A stretch of 64,000 bases of DNA from Felis catus (lineage: Eukaryota): NCBI RefSeq assembly GCF_018350175.1, contig NC_058368.1, positions 56,422,001 through 56,486,000 of the forward strand, in the 5' to 3' direction. Position 1 is the first letter of the stretch; each line of letters opens with the position of its first letter. Positions 53,140 to 64,000 of the stretch are shown piece by piece. A model generated the notes under the pieces. It was not told where the DNA came from and searched no databases. It saw nothing but the letters and a program-made list of their open reading frames with translations. A program made the translations under genes and the position numbers.

Positions 53140-53330
53140 TTTAAGCATAGTCACAGTGATTTAACATTAATGTCCTTCATCTTTACAACAGTCTTATGTG
53201 TTAGTTTACTTTTGTTTTACAAATGAGGAACCTGAGTTATAATGAGGTTAAGTCACACACCCATGATCACAAATTAGCAGTTGGTAGAAGTAAAATTAGA
53301 ACTCAGAAGGTCTAGTTTCAAAATCTTGGA
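53140..53330 (-). mobile_element. MIR remnant
   Basis: 'ttttacaaatgaggaacctgag..gaggttaagtcac..ccatgatcacaaattagcag'. Confidence 0.7.
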
Positions 53331-55502
53331 ACTAATTAAAAAGTCCTAATTTTTGCAATAAGTAGTCACATTATTTTAAGGTAGTCATTACATTTCTCTA
53401 GCCCTTCTTGTTCTATTAGAGGAAAGGTTGTGTCATATGTAGTTTTGAATCCAGATGGCTTCTTTTTCACTACGTCAAACTAATCAATCTAAGTTATTTC
53501 TCTTTTACAAGCATTAAATGCATCTTTTCATTTAATTCTGCAATATAATTTTTACTTTAACCAGACATACTGTCATAAAGGATTAGTTAAAGAATTAACA
53601 ACAGTAAATGTGTCTTGAATACCTACTATCCCCAAGGCACCAATATGTACTTGAGCCAAAAGACACTAGATTTTACTATGAAGTTGAACTCATTGTATTC
53701 TCATGTCCCTTATGTGCATTTAGAAATAAAAGAAGTATTGCATGTCTATATCAAGAAGGTAATTGTAGAATTAGTTATCAAAGAAAATATGAATTTAAAT
53801 TGTCATTTTTTACAGATGGAAACAAATACCTAATTCCACAAAATCAGTGTTCCATGCTCCACAAAAAGACTAATGAGAAAGGAATGAGTTATCATTTTTG
53901 TACGAGACTGAGGTATACACTGACTATTGCACAGAAGCACTCAGTCATGAAATAGAATTGTTTCTTCTTATTGTAGCATTAAACAACTTCTTTTGATGGA
54001 TGCTAGAATCAAGTTAAAAAAATATTAGACTTCTTTTAGAAGATGGGATAGAATTAAACAAAATCAACTTAATGATTTTACAGTATCTAATTTCTTCTTA
54101 ATGTTCATTATAATTATATACATGCAAGAAATATAAAATATTTAAAATAAGGTATTGAATTTCAGACTAGTAAAAAATAATAATTTTTAAATTTGCCAAC
54201 TTCATATTAGAATTTTAAATGAAATTTTCCAAAACTGTGTGTTTGACTAATTCATCAGAGCACTTACTTTAAAAGTGATGTCTTAACTTTTGGATTATTC
54301 TGTTGAATAATTTTATAGGATAGATTTTACTTTCCTAGGGCACATAATTTTGCCAATACATTGCATGTTTAATTTTCTTTGCTAATTAGAATTTTCTAAG
54401 TATTCCTTTTCAAAGATTCAAAAATTAACTGTAGCCATACTGTTTTTACAGTGTTTACTTTTCATTGAGCTGTATTATTTAGAGTTCTCACAATTACGTC
54501 AACCTCTTGTCTATCTGTTCACTTTGTTTATTTTTATATGCAAATAAAAATTATAACATTGCAGGGTAAGTATAGGGAGTTTGCCATCAGCAGATTAGAA
54601 TACTTAGGAATTTCTGAAGGATGTAAGGCAAATGGTGGCACATATCATTGACTACGATTCTGCAAAGCCAACTAACCCATAGCCTAAAATGGAAAAAATA
54701 AAGAACCGAGAAAATATGAATTTTCCCAGAAAAACTGGAGGGGAACCCAAGATCTGGAAGCAGGGAAAGTAAAGTTTAACTGAATGAAGAACCCTGAAAG
54801 CACTATACTGTTCAAAAGTCTGATGCAGCATTTTCCCCCTTGAGTAAAACTGAAAGAATGGCTCCCTGAATAGGGTGAATGATCTATGAGGGGCACCACA
54901 GTGGGCATTGGGATTCCAAAAAGATGCCGCACTATGCTCACAAGTAACTTAGGTTATCATGGTGAGCCACTAACAGGTAAATCCCCACACCTCCTTAAGA
55001 AAAATCTTCCCAATTACTAGTCCCCACCCCCCACTAGTCCCCACCCCCTGAATGGTGCTGGGGCTTTTGTCATCAGAATCTGTACCCAAGTTAGAAACAG
55101 GGATTTTTGAATGTGATTAGAATGCCAAACTCAAGATACCAATTCTGTTCATCTAGGTCCTGATTTAGAAATATGAATATGGAACCTAATTACTAATATT
55201 GAATGAAAATTAGTAGTCTGAAAGTAATTCATAGGATAAATAAACAGACAAATTCCCTGGGAAATGAGTTAATGCAGAAAATAGGAAAAAAATTAAAGCA
55301 AGTAAAATTAGTATCTTCAGAAATAATTGTGTTTCCTTGCAGTTATAAAAAAAAAGATGATTCAGAGTTGAAAATTAAAAATATCTTTGTATAAATAAAA
55401 TGTATGTATATTTCTGAGATCTGAGAAAGTAAGATAATGAATTCTGCCAGAAAACAAAGTAAACAGCTGAAGAGATGAAGTTCATGTGGCAAGTAAAGAG
55501 AC

Positions 55503-55623
55503 TGCTGTGGTAGGCAGAATACTGGCCCTTTTAAAGATGCCCATCTCTAACCCCTAAAAACCATGGATATGTTACCTTACATGGCAGCAAGGATTTTGCA
55601 AATATGATCCCCCCCAGATTATC
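55503..55623 (+). mobile_element. MaLR LTR 5' fragment (MLT1D-like)
   Basis: 'tgtggtaggcagaatactggccc..aaagatgccc..atatgttaccttacatggca..gattttgca'. Confidence 0.8.
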
Positions 55624-56374
55624 TTTTTTTTTCAAATTGAAGTATAGCTTAAACACAATGTTATATTAGTTTCCTGTGTACAATACAGTGATATAGCAAT
55701 TCTATATGTTATGCTGTGTTCACCACAAGTGCTGCTACCGTCTGTGATCATACAACAATACTGCAGTATCATTGATTGCTTTCCCTATGTTGTACCTTTC
55801 ATTCCTGTGACTTAGTAACTGGAAGCCTGTACTTCCCATACCCCTTCACTTATTTTACTCGTCCCCTTACCCCCTCCCCTCTGGAAACTACTAGTATTTA
55901 TGGGTCTGTATTTATGGGTCTCTGTATTTATGGGTCTGTTTCTGATTTATTTTTTTAACTTCTCTTTGAGTTTATTAGCAGCACTTTCACAGAAAATCCC
56001 TAATGTGAATTTGACTTAGAAAAAAATGTATTTTTGTTTTCGACCCCTTAAAGAATACTTATTTTACTGATTTAGGTTGCATCAACTGTGTGATTCTCAA
56101 TGAAGACATGTTATCCATGAAAATAAGAGGAAGAATAATGAAAAAGTAATCATTTTTCTAAACTGCATAGTATGTTGATAATATTTAAGCTATTTTGTGT
56201 TTCTGTGTTTTTTGTTTGGTCTTTTCCTTTTTAGATTCCACGTATAAGTGAAATCATATGATACTTCTTTTTCTTGGACTTAACTTCTTTCACTTAGCAT
56301 AATACCACCTAGGTCCATCAGTGTTGTCACAAATGGCTAGATCTCATATTTTCTTATGGCTGAGTAATATCCCA

Positions 56375-56375
<1 letters not shown>

Positions 56376-56416
<41 letters not shown>
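56376..56416. repeat. (TG)n microsatellite
   Basis: Direct read. Confidence 0.95.
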
Positions 56417-56417
<1 letters not shown>

Positions 56418-56788
56418 ACATCTTCTTTGTCCTTTAATCTATCAATGGACACTTGGACGGCTCCATATCTTGGCTATTTGTAAATAATGCTGCAGTAAAT
56501 ATTGGTGTCTATGTGTCATTTCAAATTAGTGTTTTTGTTTTCTTTGGGTAAATGCCTAGTAGTGGAATTACTGTATTATACAGTATTTCTATTTTTAATT
56601 TTTTAGAAACTTCCGTACTATTTTCCACAGTGGGTGTACCAATTTACATTTCCACCAACAGAATATGAAGGTTTCTTTTTCTCTACATCCTTGCCAACAG
56701 TTGTAATTCTTATCTTTTTGATTCTAGCCATTCTGACAGGTGTGAAGTGGTTTTGATATGAATTTCCCTGATGATTAATGATGTTGAG

Positions 56789-56998
56789 CAGGCATCTGAG
56801 TGGCTCAATGAGTTAAGTGGCTGACTCTTGATTTAGGCTCATGTCATGACCTCACAGTTGGTGAGATTTAGTCTGGTGTTGGCCCCATGCTGACAGCACT
56901 GAGCCTGCTTAGGACTCTCTTTCTCCCTCTTGTTCTGCCCCTCCCCTGCTCACACATGTGAGCTCTCTCTCTAAATAAATAAATAAACAAACAAAGAA
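56789..56998 (+). mobile_element. Can-SINE nested in L1
   Basis: TSD aatgatgtt(g/a)agc. Confidence 0.92.
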
Positions 56999-57441
56999 AA
57001 TGATGTTAAGCGTCTTTTCATGTATCTGTTGGCCATCTATATGTTTTCTTTGAAGAAATGTCAATTCAGTTCCTCTGTCCATTTTTAAATAGATTGTTTT
57101 TTTTATATTGAGTTGTATGTTTTTAAATATATTTTAGATATTAACTTATTAGTCCTATCATTTGCAAATATCTTCTCCTATTCAGTATGTTGCCTTTTTA
57201 TTTTTTTGATGGTTTCCTTTGATGTGCAAAAGCTTTTTATTTTGATATAGATCAGTAGTTTATTTTTGCTTTTGTTTCCCTTGCCTGAGGAGAAATATCT
57301 AGAAATAGGTTGCTAAGGCTTCGTCAGAGATTGCTGCCTGTGTTTTCTTCTAGGAGTTTTATGGTTTCAGTCCCACATTTAGGTATTTGATCTTTTCTGA
57401 GCTTATTTTTGTGGATGGTGTGAGTGAATAATCCAGTTTCG

Positions 57442-57569
57442 TTTCTTTTCTTTTCTTTTCTTTTCTTTTCTTTTCTTTTCTTTTCTTTTCTTTTCTTTTC
57501 CTTTCCTTTCCTTTCCTTTCCTTTCCTTTCCTTTCCTTTCCTTTCTTTTCTTTTCTTTTCTTTTCTTTT
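57442..57569. repeat. Compound (TTTTC)n/(TTTCC)n pentanucleotide repeat
   Basis: Direct read. Confidence 0.97.
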
Positions 57570-58529
57570 TGTATATAGGTATCCAGTTTTCCCAGCACCA
57601 TTTATTGAAGAAACTGTCTTTTTGTTTATTTGACTTGTAATAGAATTTTACTAAGTTTACATACTTACTTTATAAGTATACTATGACCAAGTTCTTATAA
57701 TCATTAATTGATGCAGAATATATTTGTCTTATGTATAACCAATCATTTGTGTTATTGGAGAAAAAGAATATATCATAAATCATTTTACTTTTCATTTTGA
57801 ATTAACATCATTTGCATACCACTTCTGTGTTTTTCTATATGTTGCTATTTTTGTTTAAGTAAATGTTTAGAAACAATTTTAGGACCATCTCGTAGAAATG
57901 TTTTGGAAAAGAATTTCATCTACAATGCAGTAAATTCTTCTAAAATATAATTTTGATGTCTTCAGAAATACATATTACATGCAAATTTAAAACATGGTAG
58001 AATGTTGAACAAACTAATGTAGACAAGCAGAGGGAGTCAAAGCCTTAAAGGTGAGAAACTTATTTACATCCTGATATGATAATGCAATTACTCAATTGAG
58101 ATTTATAAAATAGTATATATTTACTAGTTGACATTCAAGATTATTTATTAATTACCTTGTCACTTAGTATTGACTGTAAGGACTTAGAGAAGAGAACTCA
58201 AATATACTTCTGCCATACTGTCCACATTCTTTACCTTGTAACAATTTAGGGGGAAATAATGCCATATAAGATCAAAAAATCAAGAGAAAAAGATCTGTGT
58301 ATGTTAGATTTCTTTGATGACTTTTTTTTTTTAGCTGATGTGAATTAATTTTTGAATAACTGCATTTGCCAGTTCCTGAGTGAGACTGATAAATGTTTGG
58401 ACATGGGGGAAAATTAAATTTTACTGATAACAACAATATAAACTAAAACAAAGGATACAAAAGATGACAAAACTATATTTTTTAATGGGTGAGGAAATGT
58501 AATCAATATTATATTAACCCCTATAACAT

Positions 58530-58756
58530 TTTTTTTATTTAAAAAAATTTTTTTAACGTTTATTTATTTTTGAGACGGAGAGAGACAGAGCATGAACAAG
58601 GGAGGGGCAGAGAGAGAGGGAGACACAGAATCTGAAATGGGCTCCAGGCTCTGAGCTGTCAGCACAGAGCCTGACGCGGGGCTCGAACTCACAGACCGTG
58701 AGATCATGACCTGAGCTGAAGTCGGACGCTTAACCGACCGAGCCACCCAGGCGCCC
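58530..58756 (-). mobile_element. Can-SINE
   Basis: Consensus-like; TSD aacatttttttt. Confidence 0.97.
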
Positions 58757-59904
58757 CAAACATTTTTTTTTTAATATTGAAGAAATGAAATTCTATAAAG
58801 CATGTTCTGTGACCACATTTGAAATTAATTCAATAAAACCCTATTAAATATCTCCAGATTAAAAAAAAAACAACAACAACAAAATGGGAAATTTACAAAA
58901 TTTAAATAAAACATATCCTTTTGTCTTAGACCTCATCTTGGTAAAGGGCTCTTAAACAGCAGCCCCTTTTAGCATTGCTACCAAAAGATGCCTTTTCACA
59001 ACAAAACATGCCGTGCTTTGGCAGGAAATTAAATAAATAAGTAAATAAATGTAAACAAATGAATGAGTGAATAAGCCATATCTCATCCAAATTTGGGGGA
59101 TGTAGCTAAAACAATACTTTGAGTTTAGTGTATAGTTTTAAATATTTATATTAAAAAATGTCTAAACTGTTTTACCTAAATTTTCATCAAAAAGTGCCAG
59201 CAAAGAAGTGCAAATTAAACCCAAAACATGTAGGGAGACAGATACAATGAAGATGAAAATAACAAACAATCAGATAGAAAATAGGCAAACAAAAGAGAAA
59301 ATCAATGAATCAAAAGTATGGTTTTATGAAAAGTTTCATAAGTTGATGAACACCTACCTAGGTTGATTATGCAATTAAAAAAAAAAGATTATTCAAATGG
59401 CCCATATCTTGGATAAAGGTGGGCACATTACTACAGAGCTAAAGCCATTTTAGGAAAGAAAGAAAATATGAACAATTTTATGTGTTACATTCAATTTGGA
59501 GGTGAAATATGGTTTCTTTAAAGATTACAAATTACTGAAACTGACTTAAAAAGAAATAAAATATCTGAATAGGCTATATCTATTAAAGAAAATAAATTTG
59601 TATTTAAAACCTTCCCAACCAGAAAACCCATGATTCAAATGGCTTCTCTGTCAAATCCTTTCAAACTTTTAGGGAAAAGAGTAATATCAATTCTACACAG
59701 ACTTTTTTTTTTAAATTTTTTAAATTAAAAAACTTTTTTCACTGTAACTTATTTTTTATTAGGTCATAATATAAGTCAATAATTCTTTAATGAGAGCAAT
59801 GACAGTAGCCTGCATCTACTGACTCCTTAGCATGTTCTAAGTGTTTGCTTGCTTGCTTGCTTGCTTTCTGTTATTCAGTCATTAAGTGGTTCATTCATTC
59901 ATTC

Positions 59905-60612
59905 AGTTTTTTTTATTTTGATTCCAGTATAGTTAACATCCAGTGTTATATTAGTTTCAGGTGTGCAATATAATCATTCAACAACTGTGTACAATGCTCA
60001 GTGCTTATCATGAGTGTACTCTTTCATCCCCATCGGACCTACTTCACCCGTTCCCCTGCCCACCTCCCCTCTGGTAGCCATTAGATTGTTCTCTATAGTT
60101 GTCTGTTCCTTGGTTTCTCTGTCTCTCTTTCTTTTTCCTTTGTTCATTTGTTTTATTTCTTAAATTCCATGTATGAGTGAAATCATATGGTATGTGTCTT
60201 TCTCTGATTAACTGATTTTACTTAGCATTGTATCTCTAGCTCTATCCATGTTGTTGCAAATGGCAGCATTTCATTCTTTTTTTACAGCTGAATAATGTCT
60301 TTATCCATTCATCTATTGATGGACACTTGGGCTGCTTCCATAATTTGGCCATTGTAAATATTTCTGTGACAAACATAGGGGTGTATATATCATTTCAAAT
60401 TAGTGGTTTTGTATTTTTAAGGTAAATACACGGTAGTGTAATTACTGGATTATAGGGTAGTTCTATTTTTAATTTTTTGAGGAACTTCCACAGTCTTCCA
60501 CAGTGACAATACCAGGTTGCATTCACACCAACAGTGTGGGAGTGTTCCTTTTCTCCACATCCCCACCAACACGTGTTTTTTGTGTTTTTATTTTTAGCCA
60601 CTTTGACAGGTG
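59905..60612 (-). mobile_element. 5'-truncated carnivore L1 3' end
   Basis: KFLKKLKIELPYNP.. motif, L1 3'UTR and terminus 'gttaactatactggaatcaaaataaaa'. Confidence 0.92.
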
Positions 60613-61107
60613 TTACACAAATGTTTTTATAAATAAAGGATTTAAAATGGCATTACCACTCATTTTCTGAGGTTGACATTATCCTGATAACAAGATCAGA
60701 TAAGGGCATTGTGGAAAAAATAAAACAAAACTGTATACCACTATGCATTTTAGCATTGCTACCAAAAGATGCCTTTCCACAACAAAACATGACTCTCTTT
60801 CTCTCTTTGTACATATGTGTGTATATGAAGAAAAAGAATCTGAAAACACATTTAGAAAATAATTTAAATAAAACATATTTAGAATATATTCAAAAACATC
60901 ATAAACATATGGAATTTACTCCAATAATGGATCACTGTTTCAGCATTCAAAACTCTATCAATATAACTCACCAATAAATAGAACAAAAGAGAAAATAAGA
61001 TTACCAGAGATAAAAATAAGTTTGAGTAAATTTATCACCTAATCCTGATGGAAACTGTCATACAACCAGCAATAAAGGGAAGTTTTCAATCTAACAATGA
61101 ATATCAC

Positions 61108-61276
61108 AGGGAAGGAGAAAGAGAGAGAAATATAGGGGAGTGGCAAAAGGGAGAAAGAAAAAGGAAGGAGAAGAAGGGAGGAATGAGGAAAGGAAAGAAG
61201 GGTAGAAGAAAACAAGAGGTATGGAAGGAAGGAAGGAAGGAAGGAAGGAAGGAAGGAAGGAAGGAAGGAAGGAAGG
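61108..61276. repeat. Purine-rich tract ending in (GGAA)n
   Basis: Direct read. Confidence 0.9.
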
Positions 61277-63665
61277 GTGAGAAAACTGAAAAAACTGGCT
61301 ACAAGGCAAGAATGCACTCTCTCACCACTCCAATTCAACATGATCCTAGAGATTCTCCCTAGAGCAACAAGGCAATGAAATAAATAAAATACACACTGGA
61401 CAAAAAATAAGAAATAAACATTTCTTTATCTGCATGTGGTATTATTGTATATAAGCCAAATCCTGAGTAACCTAAAACTATTAATAGAACTAATAAGTGA
61501 GACTAGAAAAGTCATTTATAAATTATTTGTATTTTTATATACTAGAAAATAATGATTGGAAACAATTAGGAAATGGAATCAAAATAAAAAAATACCATTC
61601 AAACTAGCATCCCCAAAATTAAATGCTTAGGGATGAATTTTAACAAAATGAGTGTATGACCTTGGCACTGATAACTACAAAACATGGCTATGAGACATTT
61701 AAAAGTCCCCAGATTAATATTTGGAAAGATATGAGTTATTCATGGGTTGGCCAACTTGATATTGTTAAGATGTTAATTCATCCTGAATTGCTGAATGAAT
61801 TCAGCATTGTTTTAATTACAACCCCAACAGACTATCTTTTTGTAGAAGTATGCAAGCTGATTCTAAAATATATATGGAATTGTAAAGGACTTGGAATATC
61901 CAAAACAATGTGGAAAAGAACACAGCTGGAAGATTTACACTATGTGATTAAAACTTATAATAGAGCTATACCAATTAAGACACTGTGATATAGCTTGAGG
62001 ATATACATGTAGATCAATAGGATGGATTAAAGAGTCCACAGATGGACTCATCATGTATGAATAATATGTTGCCATGGTAATGCAATGGAGGGAATAGCTA
62101 ATTTTTTCAACCATGTTGATGAGCAACTTGATATCCATATGGGAGAAAAAAAAACTTTGTTACTTCACATTATGAACAAAAATTGAATTGAAATGGCTTA
62201 TAAACCTGGAAAATTAAAGCTAAATCTATGATATTTCTAGATTAATACATAGAAAGTCTGTGATAATACAAGAAAGTCTGTGATCCGGAGATAGGCAAAA
62301 CATATGACCAGTTGGGGAAAAAATGATAAGTTGGGCTTTCACAAAATTAAAAACTTTTTTTAATAAATGCCATTAAAAATGAAAAGAAAAGCATAGACTG
62401 GGAAAGAATATTTTCAATACTGATTTCTGACAAATGACTTATATCTGAAATATGTAAGGAACTCTTATAACTCTATAATAAGAAGACAAACTACCCAATT
62501 TAAAATGGGCAAAGAATTTGTACACCAAAGAGCATATGCTAATGGCAAATAAGTACTGGAATGCTGCCTACCATAATTAGTCCTTAGGGAAATGCAAATT
62601 AAAACCACAATTAGATACTGCTCTACACTGGTAGAATAGCTAAAATTTAAAAAGGCAGAAAACCAAGTGTTGGTAAGCATGTACATTAACTAAAACTCTC
62701 ATACATTGCTTTTGGAAATCTAAAACAGGATAGACGCTTTGAAAAATGTTTTGGAATTTCCTTATAAAATTAAACATATACTTACAACAAGTCTAGTAAT
62801 TCTACTCTTGAATATTTACCTAAGATAAATGGAAATATATATTCTTTCAAATAACTGTACAAACATTTTATTGCAGTTTTTTTTCATAATAGCTGAAAAT
62901 TATAAACAGCAAAAATGTCTATCAACATGTAAATGGTCAAATTTTGGTCTATATGTAATATAATGCCAATAAAAAGAATGATCTATCAATAGGTGAAATT
63001 ACAAAATGACTCTCAAAATCATGAGGCAGAGTGACAAACACCAAATACAAAAGTATCTACTGTATCTTTTCCATATACACTTAAAAAGGCAAGTCTCATT
63101 TATAGTAACACAAAGCTAGTTAGCCATGGGTGGGCCCAAGAGAATCACCACCAGTAACAGATGGCTACATTGTGTATCTTTATTGTGGTGATAGTTACCT
63201 GGATGTAAATATACATTAAAATTTATTGAGGTGTACTCTTCCAATGGATGAGTTTGCTTTTGTTGTAATTTATTGTTACACTTATTTCAGTAGAAAAACT
63301 GCTTAGACAAATGAGAAAGAAAAACTAGTAAAGTATCTACATCTCCTTTTTTTTTTCCTACTGCTAGTAGTGGTTCTCCCACATAATTGCTGGCGTCTTT
63401 TTAGACCTTGTTAAGGTTGCAGCCAAAGTAGGCAAATGCACTGCAAGTTGCCTTACTTTTCTTCCATAGCTGTCTCTTAGTCCAGCTTCCTTATTCTCTG
63501 CAGGAACCAGAAGACAAGCAAATAAAACAAAATTAAAAAAAAATAATTTTTAAGAGAAAAGAAAGAACTTAAGGCACCATGGCTTAGTATAAATGTAACA
63601 AAGTCATTAAAAGGACTCTATTGACACATGAAAAATTTAACTTTGCTTTTAAAGTTACTCTCTGA

Positions 63666-63883
63666 GGGGCGCCTGGGTGGCTCAGTCGGTTAAGCATCTG
63701 ATTTCGGCTCAGGTCATGATCTCACGGTCCGAGAGTTCGAGCCCCATGTCGGTCTCTGTGCTGACAGCTCAGAACCTGGAGCCTGTTTCGGATTCTGTGT
63801 CTGCTTGTCTCTCTGACCCTCCCCCATTAATGCTGTCTCTCCCTGTCTCAAAAATAATAAATAAACGTTAAAAAAAAAAAAAA
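63666..63883 (+). mobile_element. Can-SINE
   Basis: TSD aaagttactctctgag. Confidence 0.97.
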
Positions 63884-64000
63884 AGTTACTCTCTGAGCCA
63901 GTTTTTTCCTTGCCACTAGATGGAGTTATGTAATCTTTTCCACTGTCTCTCTTAAGTTATAGAATAACTTCCAGGCATTTGAGTTCCAATTGCATGCTCA

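Larger units (their letters stand above)
55625..57625 (-). mobile_element. L1 3' region (carnivore type) with nested inserts
   Basis: Typical L1 3'UTR and ORF2-end sequence; contains a SINE, (TG)n, (TTTTC)n and a non-L1 insert. Confidence 0.9.
58780..63300 (+). mobile_element. Old L1, ORF2 to 3'UTR, heavily decayed and interrupted at ~59700-60612
   Basis: Collinear ORF2 remnants: 'aatcaatgaatcaaaag', 'atggcttctctgtcaaatcctttcaaac', WKDMSYSWVGQLDIVKM, KLILKYIWNCKG, 'gaaatgcaaattaaaaccacaat'. Confidence 0.85.

Noticed and set aside
1499..63871. Recurring 'MAQSV..SAQVMIS' / 'RETEHERGRGRERG' ORF family as a multigene family, or SINE heads as tRNA genes
   Set aside because: These are translations of Can-SINE copies; the A/B boxes are SINE-derived and there is no complete tRNA cloverleaf
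1..64000. CRISPR array, operon or prokaryote-like system
   Set aside because: The DNA is mammalian; there is no regularly spaced repeat-spacer array and no dense coding region

Overview
AT-rich, gene-poor mammalian genomic DNA, almost certainly from a felid. It carries 20 tRNA-derived Can-SINEs, two of them young feline-type copies. I find no intact protein-coding gene: essentially every ORF in the six-frame track falls in a SINE, L1, LTR or microsatellite. The window is mostly retroelement debris: several old L1 tracts, one near-full-length decayed carnivore L1 (~46.3-52.2 kb), MaLR/ERVL/ERV1 LTRs, an ERVL gag fragment, L2/MIR remnants and hAT DNA-transposon remnants. It contains two minus-strand processed pseudogenes, EIF3E (~14.6-16.2 kb) and GPX1 (~32.25-33.04 kb, SECIS core still visible). 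The most unusual structure is the GPX1 retrocopy. It sits exactly at the inversion junction of a twin-primed L1, which suggests a single L1/GPX1 chimeric insertion made by template switching. Other notable items are an isolated CpG island, an apparent L1 3' transduction, an orphan polyadenylated retro-insert, a SINE-associated deletion and a four-layer nested insertion. I see no convincing novel multi-gene system. Repeat family names come from recognising the sequence by eye, and boundaries are approximate.
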